A stretch of 64,000 nt of DNA from Candidatus Actinomarina sp. (GCA_045563135.1 JBJKUL010000001.1:598650-662649), one strand, 5' to 3'; positions 35,320 to 45,429 are shown, counted from the first letter of the stretch. The notes: a model not told the origin generated them from the letters alone. Made by a program: numbers and translations.

Positions 35320-36119
35320 GCCTTCCTAAACAGCCAATACAGCAAAGAATTTTAAAATATACAATAACAGCATTAATTGTTGTTGGATCAATTTGGTCAG
35401 CTTCTGGTCTTGAAATTACTTTAGAGAAAATACTTAAAGCGCCTGAACAAATTGCGATTTTAGTTGGTGCTATGTTTCCCTTAGATTTAAGTGCTGAAGC
35501 AATCGAAAGAATCCTTCCTAAAGTTGCAGAATCGTTATTTATAGCTTGGGCTGGAACAGTTATAGGTGCGCTGTTCAGTTTCCCGATAGCTTTTTTAGCC
35601 GCTAACAATGTTGCGGTTAACTATATTTCTGAAACTACAAAACAAATACTTAATGGAATAAGAGCATTTCCTGAATTAATACTAGCTTTTGTCTTTCTAC
35701 CAATTACAGGTCTAGGAGCATTAACGGGAACTCTAGCGATAGGTATTCATTCTATAGGCACACTAGGTAAACTATCCTCTGAAGTTATAGAAGGAATTGA
35801 CGAAGGACCGCTGGAAGCAATTAAATCATCAGGTGGATCAAAAATAAATGAATTATTATTTGGTGTCGTACCACAAGTTATGCCAACAATTACTTCATAC
35901 TGGTTATATAGATTCGAAATTAACCTGCGTGCATCAGCTGTTTTAGGTGTTGTTGGTGCAGGTGGTGTTGGAGCTGAGTTAATAAACCAACTAAGATTTA
36001 GAGATTTTCCTAGAGCAGGTACGGTACTAGTCGCAACAGTAGTTCTTGTGTTAACTGTAGATACAATATCAGCTGCAATTAGAAGAAGGATTATTAAGGG
36101 TCGTTCAGTAAAGGTCTAG
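35295..36119 (+). CDS. phnE: Phosphonate ABC transporter permease (second copy)
   Basis: It is a paralog of the previous gene with a GIDEGPLEAIKSSGGS EAA-loop. Confidence 0.85.
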   Translation: MAKKKDFMSLPKQPIQQRILKYTITALIVVGSIWSASGLEITLEKILKAPEQIAILVGAMFPLDLSAEAIERILPKVAESLFIAWAGTVIGALFSFPIAFLAANNVAVNYISETTKQILNGIRAFPELILAFVFLPITGLGALTGTLAIGIHSIGTLGKLSSEVIEGIDEGPLEAIKSSGGSKINELLFGVVPQVMPTITSYWLYRFEINLRASAVLGVVGAGGVGAELINQLRFRDFPRAGTVLVATVVLVLTVDTISAAIRRRIIKGRSVKV

Positions 36120-36120
36120 T

Positions 36121-38508
36121 TTACTCAAACCAACTATCGTCATCTTCGGTTGAAACTTCTTCATCTACAACTTTATTAGTTGGTTCAATATTTTCTTCTA
36201 TAGGTTGGTCAACATTTTCTTCTTCAAGAGAAGGTAAATTGGATGACTCATATTCCTCAACAGTGATAAGAACGCTTCTAGCTTTAGAACCTTCTGATGG
36301 GCCAACTATTGCTTGGGCCTCTAATATATCCATTAATCTACCTGCCCTTGCAAATCCCACTCTTAATTTACGCTGTAACATTGAAGTAGACCCCATTTGT
36401 GAACGAATAACTAGATCTTTAGCTGCTTGAATTAAATCTTCATCCTCACCAAAGTCTTCTCCACCAATAGTGGAAGTTGTTTTCTGCTCTTCAGTGACTG
36501 CTGGATTGTATTCAGCATCTTTTTGATCTTTAGCCCAGGAAACTACATCTTGAATTTCCTTTTCAGTAACCCAAGCACCTTGGATACGTTCTAGTCTTGG
36601 GTTAGATGCTGTAACGACCAGCATATCACCAAGACCTATAAGTTTTTCTGCTCCCGATTGATCTAAAATAACTCTTGAATCAGTTGTGGACGCTACAGAA
36701 AATGCAAGCCTAGAAGGAATGTTTGCTTTCATGACACCAGTAATAACATCAACAGAAGGTCTTTGTGTAGCAACAACAAGATGAATACCTATTGCTCGAG
36801 CCATTTGTGCAAGTCTAACAATTGCTGATTCTACTTCACGACCAGCAACCATCATTAAATCGTTTAACTCATCAATAAAAACAACTATGTATGGGAAGCG
36901 ATCAAATTTTTCTTCATCAAGTAATCCGGCATCATGTTTTTCGTGATAACCATTGATATCTCTTACCTGACTATCAGCTAGTAAGTCATATCTTCTATCC
37001 ATCTCGGAAACAGCCCAGCTTAAAGCATCAACTGCTTTTTTAGGATTAGTTATAACTTTTGTAAGTAAATGAGGAACATTGTTGTATTGACCAAGTTCAA
37101 CTCTCTTTGGATCAACCATCACCATCTTGACTTCGTCAGGATTAGCTCTTACCAAAAGAGATGTAACAATTGAATTAATACATGAAGATTTACCAGCACC
37201 AGTTTGACCGGCTATAAGGACATGTGGAAGTTCAGATAAGTTTACTAATCTAGCTTTACCTGAGATATCTAAACCTAACCCTACCGATAAAGGATGTGGA
37301 TTGTTTTTAGCTTCGGAAGATTGTAAGACGTCACCAAGAGAGACTAGTTTTCTTTGCCTGTTAGGAATTTCTATACCAATTGCACTTCTACCTGGAATTG
37401 GAGCTAACAATCGGACATCTGGAGTGGCTAATGCGTAAGCAATATCATGAGATAGTGAAGTAACTTTAGAAACCTTTACGCCTGGTGCCAATTCAATTTC
37501 ATAGCGAGTAACTGTAGGACCTGGAACAATATTAGTTAATTCGGCTTCTACTCCATGTTCTTTCAAAAGATTTGTTAAATCTGTAGCAGTTTGTTGTAAA
37601 AGTTTTTTAGAGGAAGAAACAGAAGAACCTTTCTCTAGTAAAGAAACAGGTGGAAGTTTATAACTACCAGATTTCTTTGGTAAGTTTTTAGGTTTAGAAG
37701 TTTTAGGTTCTTTAGCTGCAGGAAGTGTCTCTTTAATAAGTTTTTCCTTTTTCTTAGGTTTGAGTTTGAGAACATTATCTTTAATAGTTGAAGCTTCACT
37801 TTCTTGTTCTTCACTATTGATCAACATTTGATCAAAATTAACTTTTGAAGCTTCCCTTCTAGCTTTGAAAAAAGCAAGAATGAACTTAAACGTATATGCA
37901 ATAATTGCTTGGACTCCTCCTATTAAGTCTTTTAATTCAATGTCAGTCATGTATAGGACTGAAATAATCAATCCAAGAAGTAGTACAGCATGCGTCATCT
38001 CAGCATCAATTAAATTATTAAGTGGGTACACAATAAAAGCTGAAACAAATCCACCAGCACGTTGCAGTATCTCTCCTCCGACACTTATTGGTAGAGGTTG
38101 AGGATGAATGTAAAAATGGAATAGTGCGGAAGAAAATATTTGTACCCAGAAGGTACCAACTAAGACTTTTTGAGATTTAATAGTATCTTTATCTCGTACA
38201 AGAATAGCTGCTCCATACATCATTAGAACAGGAAGAGCTAATGCACCATATCCAAAACACCATGTTAAGAGTCCATAAAAAAGTTCCCCAATAGGACCAG
38301 CTTTTTGGACGCTTGAAAGAGCAGAAAATAGAGCGATGATAAACATAAATGATGCAACAGATTGATAAGAATTAAAGAACTTTTTTAGAACACTAGAAAG
38401 TGAAGAGTTAAGTGTTTTAAAGCCCTTGTTAACTTTTATTAAATTGTTTTGTTTTGACACCCGCTTACGCCCATTTACCCTTTTGCGAGTGGATGTCTTA
38501 ACAGCCAC
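36121..38508 (-). CDS. ftsK: DNA translocase FtsK
   Basis: It has N-terminal TM helices, a linker, a motor with Walker A GQTGAGKS and VVFIDELNDLMM, and a gamma domain (STSMLQRKLRVGFARAGRLMD). Confidence 0.9.
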   Translation of the reverse strand: MAVKTSTRKRVNGRKRVSKQNNLIKVNKGFKTLNSSLSSVLKKFFNSYQSVASFMFIIALFSALSSVQKAGPIGELFYGLLTWCFGYGALALPVLMMYGAAILVRDKDTIKSQKVLVGTFWVQIFSSALFHFYIHPQPLPISVGGEILQRAGGFVSAFIVYPLNNLIDAEMTHAVLLLGLIISVLYMTDIELKDLIGGVQAIIAYTFKFILAFFKARREASKVNFDQMLINSEEQESEASTIKDNVLKLKPKKKEKLIKETLPAAKEPKTSKPKNLPKKSGSYKLPPVSLLEKGSSVSSSKKLLQQTATDLTNLLKEHGVEAELTNIVPGPTVTRYEIELAPGVKVSKVTSLSHDIAYALATPDVRLLAPIPGRSAIGIEIPNRQRKLVSLGDVLQSSEAKNNPHPLSVGLGLDISGKARLVNLSELPHVLIAGQTGAGKSSCINSIVTSLLVRANPDEVKMVMVDPKRVELGQYNNVPHLLTKVITNPKKAVDALSWAVSEMDRRYDLLADSQVRDINGYHEKHDAGLLDEEKFDRFPYIVVFIDELNDLMMVAGREVESAIVRLAQMARAIGIHLVVATQRPSVDVITGVMKANIPSRLAFSVASTTDSRVILDQSGAEKLIGLGDMLVVTASNPRLERIQGAWVTEKEIQDVVSWAKDQKDAEYNPAVTEEQKTTSTIGGEDFGEDEDLIQAAKDLVIRSQMGSTSMLQRKLRVGFARAGRLMDILEAQAIVGPSEGSKARSVLITVEEYESSNLPSLEEENVDQPIEENIEPTNKVVDEEVSTEDDDSWFE

Positions 38509-38543
38509 AAAGTATTATACCATAAATTAATAGGGAAAAAGCT

Positions 38544-39422
38544 TTAAATATTTAATTTTGAGTAGGTTTCATTGAGCTTTTTGGCTAAATCTTCAGAAAC
38601 TTCTGTCATAGGTAGTAATGGTTTTCCAACATCTTCCCAAGTAGTTGTGAGTAAGTGTTTTACTGGACCAGGACTAGGTTCCTCGAAAATCATACTAATA
38701 AGAGGTAGCAAAACGTTGTGTACGTCCTCAGCTTTAGAATCATCTCCAGCTTGGATTAGATTAATCATATTTTTGATTTGAGTACCAATTAAATGCGAGG
38801 CAACAGAAACAACTCCTACAGCTCCATGCTTAATAAAATCTTTTGTTAATGCGTCATCGCCTGAGTAGATGTACACATCATCTTTATATCTATTTAATTC
38901 TTCTTTGGAAAAATCAAAATCCCCTACTGCGTCCTTTACCGAATGAATGCCTATGTCTGAAATAAGCTTTCCAATAGTATCTAGTTCAATAAGAGTGCCT
39001 GTTCTGCCGGGAATGTTGTATGCCATTAAGGGGAGGTTTGTATTATTTTTAATAGCTTCAAAATGTTTCAAAATGCCAAGTTGAGATGGCTTATTGTAAT
39101 ATGGGGTAACTATCATGATTCCGTCTAATCCAATGTCTTCGGCTAATTGCGTAAAGTGAATTGACTCGCTTGTTGAATAAGTTCCTGTACCAGCAATTAA
39201 TTTTGCATTCTCTCCTACTGCATCTTTAGCTGTTGTGTATATATTTATACGATCGGCTTCTGTTAAGTTTGGAGATTCGGCTGTTGTACCAGTGAGGACT
39301 AGTCCGTCAGAACCATCTGAAACTAGTTTTTTACATAACCTCCAGAATGTATCTGTTTCCATGATGCCATTTTCATCAAAGGGCGTTATAGCTGCTGTAA
39401 GCAGTTTGCCAAAGTGTTCCAT
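38544..39422 (-). CDS. dapA: 4-hydroxy-tetrahydrodipicolinate synthase
   Basis: DapA motifs are LVLTGTTAESP, YYNKPSQ and AYNIPGRTG. Confidence 0.9.
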   Translation of the reverse strand: MEHFGKLLTAAITPFDENGIMETDTFWRLCKKLVSDGSDGLVLTGTTAESPNLTEADRINIYTTAKDAVGENAKLIAGTGTYSTSESIHFTQLAEDIGLDGIMIVTPYYNKPSQLGILKHFEAIKNNTNLPLMAYNIPGRTGTLIELDTIGKLISDIGIHSVKDAVGDFDFSKEELNRYKDDVYIYSGDDALTKDFIKHGAVGVVSVASHLIGTQIKNMINLIQAGDDSKAEDVHNVLLPLISMIFEEPSPGPVKHLLTTTWEDVGKPLLPMTEVSEDLAKKLNETYSKLNI

Positions 39423-39424
39423 AA

Positions 39425-40195
39425 TTATATTTTAAACCTTTCAATCATAATATTTTCGAGACCATGAATGAACCCCTTAAGGTCATTATGTGCATCTAAT
39501 ATATAATTAATACCCTCTATATAAGCTGAACGGTCATTAACAATGTGATCTATACTCATTGACTCATTTTGGTTGTGTAAAAATACTGTTTGTTCAGCGA
39601 TGTACTTCTCATCTCTAATAGAGGTAATATTTATGTCATTGATAAGGTTTGTTTCATGAGTATTAGATTGTTTGCTGTTGTCAGTATCAGAAGTTTGTGA
39701 TTTAAGTTCATTTGCTAAATTTATAGCTGTGCCTGATGGTGCATCTTTTTTATTATTATGGTGCCTTTCTTCTATTGTCACATTTTCAAAACTATCATTT
39801 GCCAGCTTCGAAAAGATTTTTTGTAATGATGCTCCAATTGAGAAATTAGGTATAACGCATATAAATTGATCTTTAGAAATTGTATTCTTTAATTCTTCAA
39901 TTGTATCCTGTTCGATACCTGATGAACCAACAATGAGATTCATACTGCTGTTCATAAGCTGTGATAAATTGGTATTAATCTGGTCTGAAGGAGAAAATTC
40001 AATTAGTAAATCTCCTGATATCTCCTCTAGTGAATCAAAATTATGATATTTTTCACTATTTTGGGCAGGATCATAGATACCTGATATATTAAAGCCATCT
40101 TTGGTTTCGATAAAGCTGGATACAAGCTGTCCCATCTTTCCCATTCCGCCAGAGATTGCTACATTAACTATTTGATTTTCGCTCATATTTATCAT
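39425..40195 (-). CDS. dapB: 4-hydroxy-tetrahydrodipicolinate reductase
   Basis: It has the N-terminal GGMGKMG and the signature EERHHNNKKDAPSGTA. Confidence 0.85.
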   Translation of the reverse strand: MINMSENQIVNVAISGGMGKMGQLVSSFIETKDGFNISGIYDPAQNSEKYHNFDSLEEISGDLLIEFSPSDQINTNLSQLMNSSMNLIVGSSGIEQDTIEELKNTISKDQFICVIPNFSIGASLQKIFSKLANDSFENVTIEERHHNNKKDAPSGTAINLANELKSQTSDTDNSKQSNTHETNLINDINITSIRDEKYIAEQTVFLHNQNESMSIDHIVNDRSAYIEGINYILDAHNDLKGFIHGLENIMIERFKI

Positions 40196-40222
40196 TCTAA
40201 TTTCTTATAACCACAGTAATTA

Positions 40223-42193
40223 ATGATAATGTTATTAATAATGAAACCACAGGATAAAAATATAGAATCTGAGATTGTTTTAGAGTTTGAAAAAATAAGA
40301 CCAGCTATTACTCGACTTTTACAGACTGAAACTAACAACAAAGAACTGAATATCAATCTAGGAAAATCAAAAAACTCAAATAAAAATGAGATAGTTATAA
40401 ACCCATCAATCTTAGTAAATTCGGTAACAACATCTAAGTTGGATTTTAAAGATCTCATAATCGGAACTGTCGTTCATGAAGCAATTCATTCAATGCAAGA
40501 TTACAACTTTGAAATAGACAAAGATTTAAAATCACGTGCTGAAGAGGTAACAGGTTTAAATAATATTGAGGAGGTGTTAGAAGTACTTGCTGGTCCATTT
40601 GGAAAATATGTCTTTGAAATCTTAATTCATTCCTATGAGGAATATTATTTTGTAAAAGAATTTAATGGATTAAGTTCAATATTCGAAGACATTTATGAAG
40701 AATCGTTTAATCAAATAAAAAGTTTGAAAGCATTTAATCAGTTTCTCTCTCTCTTATTTCATTCGATTACAAACTATATTGAATACGATAAGACACTTTT
40801 TAATAAAAAAATCCACAACGCAATTACCGACTCAGAGAAGCTTATAAATTCATTCACATACGAAAAAGATAACTTAGAAGAAGTAATTGAATTATCAATT
40901 CAAATCATAGATATTTGCAGAGTAAATAACTTACTACCCGACTTAAAAGAATATAGCCTTGGAGAACAACGTGAAATTCTTGAAAGTATGGATGACAATA
41001 TAGTTGATGAATTAAATAAAGTTCTAATACCATCCTCTACCAATGTGACTACAGGTAATACTCTTGAAAAATTCCTTGGTGAACAAGGAAAGCAGTCAGA
41101 TGATGAGAAGCTCAACTTTATGGATGATCATGTATCAAAAATTGGAAGTTCGGAAACTATATACCTTCCAAATGGAAAAGTTTCTAAACTCATAAATACA
41201 AACTTACCTCTTACTTTCAAGAATTTATTTAGTTCCGGTATTAAAACATATAACAATCTTCTTGAAGAATGGAATTTACCTATTCAAGAAACAACAAATA
41301 AAATCAAGCCTTACTTCATACATAATCAAAAGAGACAACGTATCAGTGGGTACGACCAGGGTGATCTCTCCCCTCACGTACCTTTATTACTTGCATCTGG
41401 TAGATATGAAAGAATGTTTGAGCAAAAACAGAGACTATCTAATAAGTCATACGCTGTTTCCTTATTGATTGATGGGAGCGGTTCTATGCTTGAAAAGAAA
41501 AAAGGTGAAGTATATCCATGGTCCTTGTCAGCAGCATTAATTGGAGCAAATTACTTATCGCAAATTTGCCATGAACTTAACGTTGATTTTGAAGTGGCTA
41601 TATTCAATAGAGCTTTCTTAGCAAACGAAAGTGAAAACGAGGAGATATATTTAAAGAGAAAAATGGCTGTTTCTTCAATGCTTAATACAAATTATGGATC
41701 AAATGCCGAATTTTATTTCAATACTACTAATCATTATTTTATTAAAAAATTTGAAGATTCTTGGAAAAACCAATATGAAAAGTTTATAGGTTTAATAGAC
41801 TTTTCAAGAAATCTTCGAACAGCTTTAGATAGATTGCCTTCTGCCTCTGAACATCCTCCAGCAAGCATGTTTGAAAGAGGTACAAATGTTGATGAGAGAA
41901 ATATTATGTTCTCCACAAAGAGACTTCTTGAACATGGTTCAAATACAAAATTATTAGCAGTTTTGTCAGATGGTATGACTAGAGGCACACTATCTGATCT
42001 AAAAAGTTCTATTGACTATTCAAGCAGGTTTGGCATAGATGTAATAGGAATAGGAATTGGTGACAGGGGAACCTGGAAAGAATATCAAAATAAAACTCAA
42101 ATCCATAAGCCAGAAGAGCTTATTCATTCAATAGTAAACATCACGAAGGATATACTGATAAGAAACGTGAAAGAATCTTCAGGAGCAGCATAA
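40223..42193 (+). CDS. CobT-like VWA-domain protein with an N-terminal HExxH (metallopeptidase-like) motif
   Basis: It is 656 aa with VVHEAIHSMQ near residue 85. The C-terminal VWA domain has the MIDAS motif DGSGSM and a later LSDG. It is translationally adjacent to the AAA gene with a 2-nt gap. Three candidate Met starts lie at 40223-40243. Confidence 0.65.
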   Translation: MIMLLIMKPQDKNIESEIVLEFEKIRPAITRLLQTETNNKELNINLGKSKNSNKNEIVINPSILVNSVTTSKLDFKDLIIGTVVHEAIHSMQDYNFEIDKDLKSRAEEVTGLNNIEEVLEVLAGPFGKYVFEILIHSYEEYYFVKEFNGLSSIFEDIYEESFNQIKSLKAFNQFLSLLFHSITNYIEYDKTLFNKKIHNAITDSEKLINSFTYEKDNLEEVIELSIQIIDICRVNNLLPDLKEYSLGEQREILESMDDNIVDELNKVLIPSSTNVTTGNTLEKFLGEQGKQSDDEKLNFMDDHVSKIGSSETIYLPNGKVSKLINTNLPLTFKNLFSSGIKTYNNLLEEWNLPIQETTNKIKPYFIHNQKRQRISGYDQGDLSPHVPLLLASGRYERMFEQKQRLSNKSYAVSLLIDGSGSMLEKKKGEVYPWSLSAALIGANYLSQICHELNVDFEVAIFNRAFLANESENEEIYLKRKMAVSSMLNTNYGSNAEFYFNTTNHYFIKKFEDSWKNQYEKFIGLIDFSRNLRTALDRLPSASEHPPASMFERGTNVDERNIMFSTKRLLEHGSNTKLLAVLSDGMTRGTLSDLKSSIDYSSRFGIDVIGIGIGDRGTWKEYQNKTQIHKPEELIHSIVNITKDILIRNVKESSGAA

Positions 42194-42195
42194 CT

Positions 42196-43182
42196 ATGGG
42201 TAAACAAATTTTTAAAGATCCGAATGGAAAAGACAGTGTTTCTATTGAAGAATGTGTTCTTGATAAAAAAATTGAAGACTACTCCTCTAGGTCTGAACGA
42301 ATTCCTAATGTAGATAAAAACTATGTTGACTTGGGGACCCAGTACAAACTGGCTCAAATTATTCAAAGTAAACAAAAAACTTTTAATAATGAAATACCTA
42401 TACACATTGCACTTAAAGGTCACATGGGTACAGGGAAGGATCATGATATTGAACAATTAGCAGCTAAATTAAAATATCCCTATTATCGTATTCCTTTATC
42501 AGGTGAAGTAAGAGATGTTACTCTCCTTGGCTCTGTACAGCTTTATGGTGATGGACTTGGCGGAACTGATAGTAAGTGGCAAGATGGAGAGCTTACCAGA
42601 GCATTACGAGGTCCATCTTTTGTAAACTTATCAGAATTGAATGCAGCAGGGCCCGAAGTATTATTTGCTTTACATTCACTCCTAGATAGGCATAAGAAAC
42701 TTGAACTTCCAAATGGCGAAGTAATCGAATTACGTAATGATACGTATATCTTTGGGACAATGAATCCAACTAGCTTAAGAGATTATGCTGGTACGCAAAC
42801 ATTAAATAAAGCTTTTGCTGATAGATGGGTTATTTGGGATAAACCATTTCCAAATAAGATACAACTAGAATCAATCTTTAAGAAAAAATATCCTAACTTA
42901 CAAGATGAATTCATTTCGTTAATAATCAAATTAGCAATTGAAATAAACAATTCCTTTGTTTCAGATGACATAAGTGTCAATATAGAAACACCTATGAGTT
43001 TAAGAACTATTGTTGAGAGAATACCCGTAGGACTCGACCTCTACAAAGATTCATCAGATCCCCTATTAGAGACATGGAAAAATATGGTAATTCCACATGT
43101 TAATAGTGAAGATATTGATCACTACAATACATTATGGAATACCGTGGTTAGAAATGGACCGAACCTAAGGCCTAAACTTTAA
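42196..43182 (+). CDS. CobS-like AAA (AAA_5/MoxR-class) ATPase with non-canonical Walker motifs
   Basis: It aligns by eye with CobS: GHMGTGKDHDIEQLAAKLKYPYYRIPL against GYHGTGKSTHIEQVAARLNWPCVRVNL, and ADRWVIW against MDRWSIV. Walker A ends GKD rather than GKS/T, and the Walker B position reads LSEL rather than DE. Confidence 0.7.
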   Translation: MGKQIFKDPNGKDSVSIEECVLDKKIEDYSSRSERIPNVDKNYVDLGTQYKLAQIIQSKQKTFNNEIPIHIALKGHMGTGKDHDIEQLAAKLKYPYYRIPLSGEVRDVTLLGSVQLYGDGLGGTDSKWQDGELTRALRGPSFVNLSELNAAGPEVLFALHSLLDRHKKLELPNGEVIELRNDTYIFGTMNPTSLRDYAGTQTLNKAFADRWVIWDKPFPNKIQLESIFKKKYPNLQDEFISLIIKLAIEINNSFVSDDISVNIETPMSLRTIVERIPVGLDLYKDSSDPLLETWKNMVIPHVNSEDIDHYNTLWNTVVRNGPNLRPKL

Positions 43183-43567
43183 TAAATTCGACTAAAGGTA
43201 TATCTCTTTCTGTTCTTTCTTTATACTGATCAAAAGTTTTATATACTTTAACTAACTCATCCCAATAGGTTTTTCTATCTTCAAGTGGGATAATTTCGTG
43301 CTTTACTCTCATTCTTATATTTTCTACAGTAATGTAATTCAAGTTATCTTGTAGGTTACTGAACCATTGTGGAGTCTCGTCTCTTCCTCCATATGAAGCA
43401 GCTACAACATAACCTTTCTCTGTTTTTGCATATGTAAGTGGAGTTTTTCTTATTTTGTTAGTAACTACTCCCCTAGTTTCGAGAAGCAAAATATGAGAAC
43501 CGATTAAAAAGTTTCCTATTTTTGAATGATTAAACTTGATACTCTTTACATGTAAAAATGTTATCAA
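43172..43567 (-). CDS. Deazaflavin (F420H2)-dependent nitroreductase family protein (DDN-like)
   Basis: The motifs LLLETRGVVTNKIRKTPL, VVAASYGG and PQWFSNL are typical of the family. The open frame extends about 90 nt further upstream without a canonical start, so the start is uncertain. Confidence 0.7.
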   Translation of the reverse strand: MITFLHVKSIKFNHSKIGNFLIGSHILLLETRGVVTNKIRKTPLTYAKTEKGYVVAASYGGRDETPQWFSNLQDNLNYITVENIRMRVKHEIIPLEDRKTYWDELVKVYKTFDQYKERTERDIPLVEFIKV

Positions 43568-43638
43568 CTTTACTAACCATTTAGGCCAGTAGTAAAAACC
43601 TTTACCGAATATACGCCAGATATTAAATTCCGTATAAC

Positions 43639-43836
43639 TTAATTGTCGTCTTTGAATTTAGGGTCATATTTTTTAAAAAAGTCTTTTAGTTTATTTTCTA
43701 GGTCATCAGTTTCTAATTTGGTTATTTCCTCTTTTAACCTATCAATTTGGTTTTTAATTGAAGTATTTTCACTTAATAAATCAAACAACATTTTAAGACC
43801 GTATATGAATGTTGCGAATTTAAGTAATTTTTTCAT
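43639..43836 (-). CDS. Hypothetical 65-aa protein (N-terminal hydrophobic helix plus charged coiled-coil-like tail)
   Basis: This is an ORF only, with no recognisable family. Confidence 0.35.
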   Translation of the reverse strand: MKKLLKFATFIYGLKMLFDLLSENTSIKNQIDRLKEEITKLETDDLENKLKDFFKKYDPKFKDDN

Positions 43837-43927
43837 ATTCTGATTTTACGTCAGTATAAGTTATAAATAAAGAACTTTTATTTACCATCTCCTTTGGCTT
43901 TTTTGAATTCACAATTAGAATTAATAC

Positions 43928-44665
43928 GTGAAAGAAATTTTAAGCAGTCTTGTAGCTGAACAACAACTTTTAGATCAGTATCTTCAAAGCATACCCGTTA
44001 GAAATTGGAATACTAAAACCACATTTAAAAACTGGACAATTACAGAACATGTAAGTTATTTAGCTGGTTTAGAAGATTTAGCCTTTAATGCTCTAAAAAA
44101 GAAAGGTACGGATTTCAATAAATATCGGGGTCCGACTGGATTAGCTAAGTTTGAGAAAAATTGTATAACTAAGGGTAAAGATATGCGTCCACAAGATGTT
44201 ATCGAATGGTGGAGACTATCTAGAGCGAAGGTTGTTGAAACGTTAGCGGATGCAACCCCAGGTAGAAAAATTACATGGTGGAAGAATGAAATTGATTACC
44301 TCACTTTTGCTGCAACAAAGCTTTCAGAAACATGGTCTCATGGCCTAGATATCTATGAGTGTATGAAAAAAGAGTATGAAGATACAACAAGAATTGAACA
44401 CATTGCCTTATACGGCTTTCTCAATGCAGAAAGGACCGCAAAATTAAATAAATTAAAATATGAAGATATAAGAATAGAGTTAATTGGTCCTGAATATAGA
44501 GCTTGGCAATTTGGTGATGAAAATTCTGAGAATACGATTAAAGGTAATGCCGGCGATTGGTGCAGAGTTGTAACGGGAAGAACTGGTAAAGGATTTAAAC
44601 CAACTCTTACCGTTGAAGGTGACTTTGCAAAGAAATTAGTAAAAACAAATCACGTTAAAATTTAA
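43928..44665 (+). CDS. DinB/MDMPI-like (mycothiol-dependent maleylpyruvate isomerase N-terminal type, TIGR03084-like) protein
   Basis: It has a GTG start and an N-terminal pattern LVAEQQLLDQYL...WNTKTTFKNWTITEHVSYLAGLED that is typical of this actinobacterial family. The assignment is from memory. Confidence 0.6.
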   Translation: MKEILSSLVAEQQLLDQYLQSIPVRNWNTKTTFKNWTITEHVSYLAGLEDLAFNALKKKGTDFNKYRGPTGLAKFEKNCITKGKDMRPQDVIEWWRLSRAKVVETLADATPGRKITWWKNEIDYLTFAATKLSETWSHGLDIYECMKKEYEDTTRIEHIALYGFLNAERTAKLNKLKYEDIRIELIGPEYRAWQFGDENSENTIKGNAGDWCRVVTGRTGKGFKPTLTVEGDFAKKLVKTNHVKI

Positions 44666-44667
44666 TA

Positions 44668-45429
44668 ATGAAAATATTTGGAGTTATTCACCTAAAGGGT
44701 CTTCCTGGCTCAACATCTAATAGTCTTCCATTAGATGAAATTATAAAACTGGCTCAAAACGATATTAATACACTAACAGAGGGTGGAGTTCATGGAATTA
44801 TCATAGAGAACTTTGGCGATGCCCCTTTTGTAAAGGACAATCTATCCAAAAGATCTTTAGTTAGTTTTACCACTGTTGTTTCAAAACTTGATATTGATCA
44901 GAAATTAGAGATTGGAATAAATGTTTTAAGAAATGATGGGCTTAGCGCACTTGCTATTGCTGAAGCAACAAATGCAGATTTCGTAAGAATTAATGTGTTA
45001 AACAATATTATGTATACAGACCAAGGGATAATTGAGGGCAAAGCTTATGAAGTGTCACAACTTAGAAGTACTTTGAATAAAAACATTAAAATTTTTGCAG
45101 ACGTTTTTGTTAAACACGCAACACCACCATACGGTTCCAAAATTGAAAATCATGCAAAAGAGCTTTTAGAGAGAGCTGGTGCAGACGTCGTAATAGTAAG
45201 CGGAGATGGTACTGGTGAGGAAACTGACATGTCAGACCTAAAAAAAATTAGAAATATTGTTCCAGAAGGGAAATTAGCAATCGGTTCTGGGCTGACAGTT
45301 GAAAATATAGAAGAATTTTCTAAAATTTCTGATATAGGAATAGTCGGAACAGACTTGAAAGTTGATGGAGTTTTAGATAACCCTGTGGAACTTAAAAGAG
45401 TTAAAGATATAGTAAGTAAAATATCATAA
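44668..45429 (+). CDS. BtpA/SgcQ family TIM-barrel protein
   Basis: The N-terminus FGVIHLKGLPGS and the ENFGDAPF motif are characteristic of BtpA. Confidence 0.75.
   Translation: MKIFGVIHLKGLPGSTSNSLPLDEIIKLAQNDINTLTEGGVHGIIIENFGDAPFVKDNLSKRSLVSFTTVVSKLDIDQKLEIGINVLRNDGLSALAIAEATNADFVRINVLNNIMYTDQGIIEGKAYEVSQLRSTLNKNIKIFADVFVKHATPPYGSKIENHAKELLERAGADVVIVSGDGTGEETDMSDLKKIRNIVPEGKLAIGSGLTVENIEEFSKISDIGIVGTDLKVDGVLDNPVELKRVKDIVSKIS

Noticed and set aside
40223-43182. The CobS/CobT-like pair might be evidence for aerobic cobalamin biosynthesis.
   Set aside because: No cobN or any other cob/cbi gene is adjacent. The ATPase has non-canonical Walker residues, and the VWA partner carries an HExxH motif. 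I therefore report it as an orphan MoxR/VWA-type module instead.
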